Source: Pavona decussata
Taxonomy: Eukaryota
Direction of reading: 5' to 3'
NCBI GenBank assembly: GCA_977016875.1
Contig: CDRNST010000062.1
Coordinates: 4,216,001-4,280,000, forward strand
DNA length: 64,000 bases
Below are positions 54,290-64,000 of this stretch, piece by piece. A model generated the notes under the pieces. That model had not been told where the DNA came from. It was given only the letters and a program-made list of their open reading frames with translations, and ran no database searches. The position numbers were made by a program, and so were the translations under genes. Each line of letters opens with the position of its first letter. Positions within the stretch are counted from its first letter, which is position 1.

Positions 54290-57073
54290 GTTCTCCGCGC
54301 ACAAGATCTGTTTCCGAGCGAATGAACAGTTAAGTCATCCGACACGCCTTTTAATCCCCAGATGACAGTGATATCAGACTCCTTTGTTTTATGCTCCAAT
54401 CAGATACCAGCTCAGGTTCTGATTTGATGAAAGGCGCTGAGAAGTCTCCTTTCTTGAAAGCGATTTGTTCCGTGTTCGACCTTAAGTGCGAAACTACGTG
54501 GTTTGTTACAACATCCGGTTTTTTTTTTGTTATTGATTTCGTACCAGAAGGTTTTGACATTTTTTTTTCCGGCTTGAAAATATCAGTTTAATGTTACAAA
54601 TCCACTAAGGCAATAACGCTTAGCTCACATGCAACTCTTAGCTTGTTGCTCCGTCACATGATGTCAAACAATCTATCAGTCTATCAAGCAGTTATATTTT
54701 CGCAGTCCAATTTTCTTGAATCCGAGGTAATGCACCTGAGATATACTTGCCGGAGAAGTTCAAAGGCCTTTCTGTTTCATCAATTCCGTGACACTCAAAA
54801 TGCTAAGTCGCTCTCTGTATCCCTAAAACAGTCACGACCTTCGAGAAGGCCCTCGGCCAATATTAATCTTGAGTCGGTGGCAAACATGCCTATACATAAC
54901 ATAAGTCACAGTTTTTAATTAAGAGTTTCTCGGAAAAATAAGAAAACGAAGTCTTGTGGATCAGGAGGTCGACTAAACTAACTAACGACTCATGATCATG
55001 ATGTAGCCAGAGCCGTTATGTTTCATGAACAAAGGGTTGACTTTGGCAGTGGAATTGGTGCTGTGAAGCTAATTTTAGCATGTTGATTTATGTCTTAGTT
55101 TGCCGAATATTGAATAACTTGGGGCGTGTTTTTGTGATCAAACTGAGTCAGCTCGTTTTTAGTTTCCTGTTTTTCCGGGAAATGTCATTAAAATCTGTGA
55201 TATGGGCACGTTTTTACCCGCTCTTTAACCTTGGCTAGGGCCTCCTCGAAGGTTGGAATTGAAAATAAATGCTTAAACATTTCATTAACTTACCTAGTTG
55301 TTTTTTAAAATCTTCTTTTCCCCCTGCATACGCAGACTGAGGGGACTGGCTAGGGAGATGTACACCTCCCCCACTAATGAGCACATGGAGTACTTGACTA
55401 CAAATATTTTAGGGATTAAAGAGGTCGGATCAGAATTTTGGAGTGTCAGGCACACTGGTAAAGCAAATAGGCCTTAGACAACTTTTTTTGAGAGTATATC
55501 TCAGGTGCATTACCTCGGATTCAAGAGAATTGGACAGCGAAAATATAACTGCCTGATAGACTGATAGATTGTTTGACATCAAGTGACCAGTAGAGCAACA
55601 AGCTATAAAGAGTTGGAAGCTGAGCGTGATGACAATATGTGGTGCTGTTACATTAAACTGATATTTTCAAGCCGGAAAATGAAATACTTCGTTTTCAGTA
55701 ATCATTGAGTCTCTCTCTTGATTCTCAAAGCGAAAACTACGGTCGGTATTAATTGTGTCCGTTTTGTGAGATTGTTTTTGTGCACAGTTGGAGAAGACTT
55801 TTGTAGAACTGTTCAAAGACACTGAATCACTTAATGAACTCAAGAGGACGATAAAAGTGTTCTCAACAACTTTCCTGAGCTAATAAAATTTAAGTTCAAA
55901 TTAAACTTTTCTTTGTTCTCAATGGAATACTAAATAGACTATACAGCAAAAACAATGTGCGTCACAGATTAAGTTAAGAGAGCAAGCGTGATCAGATGTA
56001 TTAGGTGATACAGATGGCGCTAATCCCATGGGAAGTATCAGCTTCACGTTTAATCCTGTTTAGGTCCACGTTTAGATATTCAACTGTAGTGTCAACGTTA
56101 AAACAAAGGATTGTGCATGGCCGCGGCCCTTCCAACATAAAATGCAGCACCATTGTAATTAACTTTGAACATGACAAGGTTTAATTCATAACCAATCCCT
56201 CAATTAACTATGATGCCAACTTTCCTCGGCTAGAACTTGGAAACAAAACGCAAACTCGTTGGGGCTAAGACTTTGCCTATTTTTCATCAGATTTTTCATG
56301 GCCTACAAACTTACAGTAATAAATCACAAACGAGGCATTAAAAACTTTAACATAGGTCAGGGCCGAACAAAAAGGCTCAGTAGGAAAAATAAGTACAAAA
56401 TTACACTGGACGAAGATGGCGGTTTAATTCTTTGATCGCTCTGGATTTTCTGACTAAGAAGGCCGGAGAAGTAAAGAACAGACCTCTTTAAAAGGATCTA
56501 CGCTAAAGTATGAAAATGATCGAGTATTTTTTTACTGCGTACACCAACATTTGATGAAAAGGTTCTTGATGTCGTGATTTTTCTGCGTATCTCGGGATGG
56601 GCCGGATTTTCGCACGATGGTGATCTTTTATTCTAAAGATTCAAAGTTCAAATGAGAGGGGGAACCTAAGCCGTCTTCTCGCAGTCAACACACCCTTACC
56701 CTCTGTACTCTCTATCACAAATAAAATTCATTTACCATGTAAAGCTCTGCGCGGAAGATCAGATTCCTATAATTAGACTTCATTCTAATCATAACTATGT
56801 TCTAAATCAGAGATTTACAGAGACGCAAGGAAAGCTGTGACTTTGAAATCAATCTTTGATAACAACCATAAAAAAATATTTAACTTTCTCGGTCAGCCTG
56901 ATTGCAAAATAATTTGAAGACATAATTAAAAAGCTGACAGAATTGGCGAAGGAAAGTCAATAGTTTGTGTTAATTTTTGTTGTTGATCGACTTTGTTTTT
57001 TACTGATTCCTTAAAATCATTTTGGAAACACTGACAGGTGGTATTGACAAGTTTTGTTCTTTCTAATTGTCAA
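53060..57073. repeat. Large imperfect inverted repeat (arms ~53060-54830 and ~55403-57073, spacer ~570 bp)
   Basis: 53061-53185 is the reverse complement of ~56950-57073; 53720-54070 of ~55700-56045; 54565-54830 of ~55403-55680. Confidence 0.88.
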
Positions 57074-57350
57074 AAGTCTGTTTTACGGAAAACACAAATA
57101 TTTAACGCCGCACAAGGCTTGGTCAACTGTCTACCATAATTCAAACGGGGGTCATTGGCAGCTACAGAACTCACACTTTCATGACAAATTTTGAGTACAT
57201 GCGGTGTAGTGTTTTTCGGCCGTTGAGAATTGGAACGTGTCACAAGTCTTTGTATGGCTGATAAAGTATTGTTAAGTCTTACGACGCGTTTAAATTGCCA
57301 ACGGCTGCCTGTACACCAATACCGCTTGCACTCAAAGGTCATCGTCCACC

Positions 57351-57417
57351 TAGCCTGCGAGTAAGCTCTCTTGGGGGTAGGGGGCCTCCACCCCCAAGAG
57401 AGCTTGCTCGCAGGCTA
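57351..57417. mobile_element. Short palindromic TA-flanked MITE
   Basis: TAGCCTGCGAGTAAGCTCTCTTGGGG...CCCCAAGAGAGCTTGCTCGCAGGCTA; absent from the duplicate at ~45690. Confidence 0.75.
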
Positions 57418-58139
57418 CGTCCCACCAGTAATTAATCACAAGCTCTCTAATGACGCGAGCTTGGGTTCCCTGTAGTTCAGCTATGGCCTGCGAGCAAGCT
57501 CTCGGGGAAGAGGTGGGGGAGGGAGTGAGAAGGAGAGAGACAAGCTCTCTTCTTCCCTCCCCCTCTCGCCCCACCAACCCGTATATAAAACAAGGCGTCA
57601 CTGTCTCGCACCAGGTGCTTTAAAAGAACACTTGAAGATTTCAGGATCAAGTACAATGCCCAAAAAAAGAACGTTACAAAAAGTGTTTCGTTTAAACTGA
57701 AACATCTTTGAATACTCGAGCGCTTTTAGAATGCTCTTGCGTTTTCCAGCCAAAACATATGAATATTTTCCCTGTTATATCAGTTGAGTTTGTTGTCGTT
57801 ACTGTTTAATTTTATATAGCTTCATTATAGAAAATAAACTTGTTGCGTTTAGTTTGCATGGTCTCTCCTCTTTATATATTTATATGTTTGCACTTAGCCA
57901 TAGCAATAACTTGTTTATAGAATACACGACAGTGATATAAAGAGGCCTGTTGGCAGCCTTGAGTATAGAACGGAGTAGTAAAACAGTGAAACCTCTGGCT
58001 TTTACCAAATTTATTAACAGCTGACACAAAATGCTGTGTTACACAAGGCTTGCTATTACATCTTACAACTCAGTTACAGAAATGCTTTAGATTTCAATAA
58101 TGAATCTCCCAATTAACTATCCTTTCTCTTCAGACTCAG

Positions 58140-58219
58140 TGCTACCCCAATGTGTTAGTTTCTCAGTCTTACAGTCATTTTGTTTACACTGCGGGACATC
58201 ATAAACAGTGGGCATAGCA
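58140..58219 (-). promoter_or_regulatory. SECIS element in the inferred msrA 3' UTR
   Basis: Minus strand reads TGCTATGCCCACTGTTT-ATGAT-GTCCCGCAGT-GTAAACAAAATG-ACTGTAAGAC-TGAG-AAACTAACACATTGGGGTAGCA. It has the AUGA/GA core, helix II with 8 of 10 pairs, AAA 12 nt after the core, and an extended helix I. AATAAA follows at 58015-58010. Confidence 0.85.
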
Positions 58220-58471
58220 TGGGTTCACCTTCCATTATTAGTGCAAATTTGTTGGCACTTGCCTAATCTTTCTATGCATTTCTGGTCATTAACTACATTT
58301 TTACCCATTACAAATACCATAACCATGTCTTGATGCCATCATGCTTCGGTCCGGTAAAAGAACCAAATTTAAATATTCTGGTAAGAGTTAAGCTGGCATC
58401 AGTCTGCACATTCATTTAAGTGTAAGAAGGTTTGTTGAACAAAGGCGTAACTTTAGAACACTAGTTATTAA

Positions 58472-58734
58472 CTCTTCAAGCCCTAACAGTGATCAGCATC
58501 AAATTTCTCCTAGTAATATCAATGCTTACTCAAGCCCCGGCTTAGCCTGCGTGTCAGGCGCTAGAAAGGGGAAGGGAGAGGGGAAGCTAGCCCCGGCTGA
58601 GGTCATGAGAATTAAGGATATGATCATCAAAGTGAATTTTCTTGATATTTTCATAACTTCTCCCTAGTACTTTTATAAGAAAAGTATGGGGACAAGATAG
58701 GAGAATTTGTTTTTTCGTATTAGGGGTTAAAGTG
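58472..58734. mobile_element. TTAA-flanked (piggyBac-like) MITE with a small nested insert (10-bp duplication AGCCCCGGCT)
   Basis: TTAA-CTCTTCAAGCCCTAA...TTAGGGGTTAAAGTG-TTAA. Confidence 0.65.
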
Positions 58735-58795
58735 TTAAACTAAGTGAAGATATGGATTAAGCACCTCGCACCTACTCTCATGACCTGTTTCTTAA

Positions 58796-59161
58796 AGGGG
58801 CACTGTCACGGCGATTTTGCTGTATATTTGTGAAAACTGCTCAAAAATTTGACTAAGAACCTCTTTTCTAACAGGAAATTAACCTTAGAGCACCGGGACG
58901 AAATATGAAATGATTTCTCAAAAGAAGAACAAACTACAATCGGTTATTACAGCCATTTTTCCAAAATACTTCTAAGAAGAAATTTGAAGTTTCAATCCAT
59001 TTCCATCCAAGCCATCTGCAGCCAAAGATGAATGAGACTAGCTTCTATGTACAAGAGGGTTTGTATTTAACAAAACTGAACAGTTATTTTAACTTTTACA
59101 TCAATGCAAAAATGTCTTTTGGCTATTCAAAGTGACACTGAAAATAAGTGACATTACCCCT
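58796..59161. mobile_element. Kolobok-like MITE
   Basis: TTAA-AGGGGCACTGTCAC...GTGACATTACCCCT-TTAA. Confidence 0.78.
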
Positions 59162-59197
59162 TTAAGCCTAATTTACATGTGCCAATTTATTGTCCTG

Positions 59198-59883
59198 GCC
59201 CCAGTTGTTCAAAGAGCGGGTAACTTCATCCACTGGATAAGTCGCTATCCAGCGGAGCAAATGTACTCTAACCAATGCTTTTGGCAAGTTAACCACACAA
59301 TCCCATTCTTAAATTTGACATATGCTTCTACTCTATCCACAAATTATCCCGGGGGGGGGGGGGGTACTCCCTAATATGGGCTATATAGGTATGTGCGGCG
59401 CCAAAGAGTATGGTTTTTCAGCCGCTTTGGTCATAAATAGGGTATCGATTTTAGCCATTTTGCCGCCATTTTGGTAATAAATAGGGTATCATATTTTGCA
59501 CTCTAGTCTTGAATTCTTTTTTTTTTTTTTGAAGAAGCTACTTCTTCATCATGATGTTTACAGCAACTGTGTACGTGCCGCAACGGCTTGTCATGCGCTC
59601 CGGTCACGCACTGGACTCCAGGGGTTCTTGAACTGGTTATAAATAGGGTATCAAATTTTTGGTCAGGTCATAAATAGGGTAGGGAAAATCGCAGAGTTTG
59701 GTCATAAATAGGGTAAGGGTTTTGGGAAGCGGGCCGCACACCCCTATCCAATTTTTTTGGGAGTACCCCCCCCCCCCCCCCAGGGAAATTATAGGGCTAT
59801 TGGGAAAATCTTGCACACATTTTATCTGCCGGATAGCGAACTATGCAGTGGATAAAATTATCCGCCCTTTGAACAACTGGGGC
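59198..59883. mobile_element. Harbinger-like MITE containing a nested poly-G/poly-C-ended MITE (59348-59785)
   Basis: Outer TIR GCCCCAGTTGTTCAAA with CTG TSD; inner CCC(G)nTACTCCC...GGGAGTA(C)nAGGG with AAATTAT duplicated. Confidence 0.85.
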
Positions 59884-60106
59884 CTGATAAGTTGGTTACA
59901 TTTCTTGGGCCAAGTTACACGTTACAATTTGTTGGCTGAATTTGTTTTCTGCTGGTGTAGTGCAGAATGAAAATCAACATTATTCAAAACAACTTCAATT
60001 GCTTACTCATGTTCAGAACAATCAGCAAACTTACAAAGTCACGAAAATGCTCTAACTAAAAAAAATTGAATCAAATGGTTTGATTTTGTTTAACTGATAA
60101 TTCCAT

Positions 60107-63100
60107 TTAGAATTGACTCTTGTTACTTATGATCTTTCGCACCATATCAGCCTGTGGTTCTGTAATTTTCAGCTCATCAACTTCGGCCTCAAACTGCTTT
60201 ACTGAGCCATGACCTCCAACATAGCCATTTAAGCGAGCAGCCACAGACGAGTTCATCAACTCCACACTGTTTAATCCAAGACTCCTCAGCAGAATGGGTT
60301 GCTGACGCAGCAAATACTTTTGGTGATAACTGAAAAGCAACAGACCATTACATGTAACTTGAGGTAAGCTTACTGATAATGTGAAGTCAATTTGTATGAT
60401 GTCATCACTTCAGTAGTCCCCTGGCAAATGCCAGCAGCATATCTGGGGGGAGGGGAGAGTGCGGCACAGATCTCCTACAGTGTACTTATCATCAGACAAA
60501 ACAAGGTCTGGAGAGCAAAATATTTTTCCATTCTAGCTGAAACATTTTCACTCCAGGCCCACATGCCTCTACTTTACACAATGTCCTGGACCTGCCATTG
60601 AACTATGCACACCATTATGAGCCATGCTGGAGTTCTCTTTCCCACAGTGTAGGAAATAATCTAAAGTCTTCTTAAAATTAAAATTGGTAAAAAGGGGCTT
60701 AAAACTGATCTAAAAAACTTAAAAAGTTTCCCCAAATTTTCGAACCGTATCTCTGGTTCTTCTTCGCGGGACAAGAACCAGAACCGGAAATAAGGTTCGA
60801 AAATTTGGGAAACTGTTTAATTTTTTTAGATCAGTTTTAAGCCTCTTTTAACCAATTTTAATCATGAACACTGATTGCCAAAAAAACGTCTTCTTAAAAG
60901 CCTGACATAAAATCCACCATCTTGACCACATAACAGAATAATAGATTCGGTAAGAGAAACAAAGAGAGCATAACAGAAAAATTTAGGTTAATTAAGTCAA
61001 CATTAAAAATTTTTGAAGTACATACTCCTCTGCATCGTAAAATCTTTTTGCTGGAAGAATCTTTGTCACTATGGGTCTCCTAAGGGTCTTCTGATGTTCA
61101 TCACAAGTCTGCTCTGCAAGCTGTTTTTGTTCATCGTCATGGTAGAAAATCGCTGACATATATTGTGCTTTGTGGCTAGTTGTAGGATCATGATTTTTCC
61201 AAAACATGGCTAACAGATCACCGTATGTTGTACGGTTTGGATCATATTCCAGCTGAACAGTCTCTGTATGGTTCCCGCTGTAAAATGTAGAGAAAAAAAT
61301 GGAATGACAAAAATTCTAAACACCAAAAATACATTGCCTATGTGTTTAAACATATCTTCCAACTACAGTACCACTGTACACACAAATTTAAAATGTTGGC
61401 CACAAACAACTACATGCTGGTTTCTATGTGGGTTGTTTACAACTGAACATTAAAAAAACACATAAAAATATTACAACTAAATATAAATGAAGGCAACACA
61501 TTTGAAATTACAGCACATGAATAATCACTGTACCACAAAGGATACACTACTATTATAATCCGTGCCAATTTCTGTTGGGAATCTGGTCTGGTTAGAAAAC
61601 AAGCCTGGTATAGCAAAATTTGCCTTGCCATCGATTTGGCAAGCTTAGCCTATTCTTTCAGATTGCTCCAGAGCAAACCACCACTAAATTGAAAACTGCA
61701 TATTGAGGAAAATTTGTATTAGGCTTTGGAATTGCATGAAAGCTAAATGTGTCTTCCTGTATCTGAGTTAGTATTTTTTCCCCACAATCACTGACTTTAA
61801 GGATCAGGTTTCTCAAGTACCGTAAGGAGCATGTTGATTGTTTACAATTTTATACTTTAGAATTGACTTAGCTCTCATACGCCTTGAGTCAAAGGATAGC
61901 TGTTGTAGTTCATTCAAAAATATCTTTGCTCCAGATACAGTATAACATTACTCCAGCTGCTCTAGACTGATATTTTTGTAACTTGTCTTTCTAGACCTTA
62001 TCAGGTCTCACCTGGCTCCAGGCTAACGTTTGAGCTCAGTATCCCAGTGACTACTGTGACAGGTCTGGTTTTGCTACATGTAGGCTGTCTAGCCAAAACA
62101 AAATTTTCACTAGCAACAGTTTCACTATTTCATTTCATGAAAAGGGGAGAGAGAGGGAACTCAGACACTTTTTATTAGATGTGAAATAATTATTAAGAAC
62201 AAATCTCCCTCACTTGTAAAAGTTTTGTTACTGTTTACAAATTGCATTATTTGTGACTGAAATTTCAAATTGACCTTAACATGAAAAAGCCTACCTATAC
62301 AGCAAAAAAAGCAGCCAAAAAAGGTAAATTGATATCTAGGAAAAATGTGGCTTATTTGAGCTTATTTGAGCTCGATTAAAGTTTTAGTTTCATTAACAAT
62401 CTGTACATGAATTTTAATGTTTGAATGGTAATGGAGTCAAATCAATAATTTTTAAAATTACCAGTCTGTGGTGCTACCCGGTTACCAGTAGTCTCGGCCC
62501 TAGGTATTCCAGAGAGGGGTGCAATAGTTAAAATAACTAGTGTTACAGAGTGCTCACTATACAAAATAGACATCTATAGATGGTCAGTGAGGAAAATTTA
62601 GATTTTATCTCTTGCACAGTTTGGGTATGTACTCCCAGGGGGGGTACTCGGGTGTATTAGTGACGGGGAGGTGCGAATGAGGCCAAATTTTGAAACCCAA
62701 AAAAAGTCCCGTCACGCTAAGGAAAACCCAAAAAAAGTCCAGCAGCCAAAAACGTAACCCAAAAAAAGTCTGATACAAGATGATGGATCGTTAACAAATA
62801 AACCACTATAACTTAACGAGAGTTGTCTTTGTCTTGTCATTTTATTTGCATGATTTAAACTTGTTAGTGAAATCGTTTTGCGTAAAATCAAGAATGGTAG
62901 GGCACAATTTTCATCAACCCCAAAAAAAGTCCTCGCCAAAATCTTAAGGGCAAAGAAAGTCCAGCAGAAAATTTCAAACCCCAAAAAAGTCCCAAGCCGA
63001 GAATTTCAAACCCAAAAAAGGTCTTCGCACGTCCCCGTCACTAATATACCCGAGTACCCCCCCTGGGTATGTACTTCCAGATTACCATCTGTTAAAATGG

Positions 63101-63880
63101 TTATGTCACTACAGGAACTGTCTAGTCATCTTTCATCAAGAAAAGCTAACATTAATTTATACGTTTTGAATAAAAAAAACTCCAGTATAACAATGATTCA
63201 GCATTTCCTATGAACCCCCACCCCTGACCCCCCACCTAGGAACACAATCGCTTGACTCAACAAATTATATTGTTGAAAGCAAAATTCCACAGCAGTTTAT
63301 CAGCTACTAATAAAATATTACGGTATAAGCATAAAAATCCTAGCCAGTGATCTTTCTTAGTATGCTAGCTTGCATACTTAACTAGCAGATACTGTATAAA
63401 CTAAGCACTGTACGACTGAAAAAAGCTCAACTTACATCTTCAAAATTATTAAGGAAAATCATGCTATTATTAGTATTTGAACCAGACTTTTATAAAGGTC
63501 ACAAATGTAGGGCCGTGTATTCCACAGTTAATCTCAAATATATCAAGGGCGACTAAAAGTCAACAGACAGCGCAAAAGCAGGCTAACTGAAGTCCTCCTC
63601 TTCCACGATGTTCTGTAACACGGTCAAAACTCCCAGATTTCGCATGGAATTTCATGTCAAATACAGGAATTAAGACAAAAAAAAAGTCCAAAACACTTCA
63701 CTATTAAATTCTTTGTCCTCCATTAACAACTTACAGGCTGGTGTAGGTCGGAAACGGCTTGGCTCCGCCAGTGTAGCCGACCTTAGTTCGAACGACGCCA
63801 TTAGCACATCCAAACTGAGCCTCGGGAAACCAAAATCAGCTCATAGCAAACGTGGCTGTCTTGGTTTCGACATCCGCCAT
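60107..63880 (-). CDS. msrA: Peptide methionine-S-sulfoxide reductase A, probable selenoprotein (Sec at codon 15), 206 aa
   Basis: Exons 63880-63735, 61277-61026 and 60329-60107; GT-AG introns, both phase 2; 621 nt. The translation MADVETKTATFAMS*FWFPEAQFGCANGVVRTKVGYTGG...GNHTETVQLEYDP...FWKNHDPT...QYMSAIFY...FYDAEDYHQKYL carries all MsrA motifs. TGA at 63838-63836 occupies the Cys position of GCFWG. Confidence 0.95.
60678..60861. repeat. ~180-bp imperfect palindrome in msrA intron 2
   Basis: TTAAAATTGG...CTTAAAACTGATCTAAAAAA...CCCAAATTTTCGAACC mirrored by GGTTCGAAAATTTGGG...TTTTTTAGATCAGTTTTAAG...CCAATTTTAA. Confidence 0.8.
62634..63067. mobile_element. MITE with 8-bp TSD in msrA intron 1
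   Basis: TIR CCCAGGGGGGGTACTCGGGT(G/A)TATTAGTGACGGGG; TSD TATGTACT on both sides. Confidence 0.9.
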
Positions 63881-64000
63881 GTTGTCGAGAGGTGGTTTAA
63901 CTACCTCAACAGTGCTACCTAGTGTATTGCCCGTTTTGAATGAAGAAATCGCCCGCAAAGAACGAAGAAATGTTGCTATAAATAAAGAACGAGACATCAC

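Noticed and set aside
59960-60045. ATGA/GTGA-containing SECIS candidates just after the msrA stop
   Set aside because: Helix II does not pair and the AA spacing or length is wrong.
63836-63838. msrA as a nonsense pseudogene
   Set aside because: The only lesion is a TGA at the catalytic Cys position, and a SECIS lies downstream.

Overview
Eukaryotic, intron-rich, repeat-dense DNA; the repeat families and gene content suggest a stony coral or other anthozoan (inference). Four spliced genes lie on the minus strand. Two are paralogous secreted PAN/apple - SCKEIK module - Ca-binding EGF - TLDc genes: copy B (31995-26351) is intact with 2 EGFs, and copy A (15320-7117) has 5 EGFs and is cut inside its TLDc exon. 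The third is a secreted coiled-coil plus tandem beta-sandwich lectin-like gene (54289-48097). The fourth is a 3-exon msrA (63880-60107). The main result is that msrA has an in-frame TGA at the catalytic Cys position (AMS-U-FWFPEAQFG), and a well-formed SECIS hairpin lies about 1.9 kb downstream (58140-58219) behind a stack of nested MITEs, so it is very likely a selenoprotein. A damaged orphan copy of that SECIS lies at about 46.3 kb. A near-identical 7.2-kb block with a dead MULE transposase occurs twice (1-7161, 36540-43718), possibly marking a recent ~36.5-kb tandem duplication. A ~4-kb inverted duplication encloses exon 1 of the lectin-like gene. Gene models were read by eye from splice signals, with no transcript or database support.
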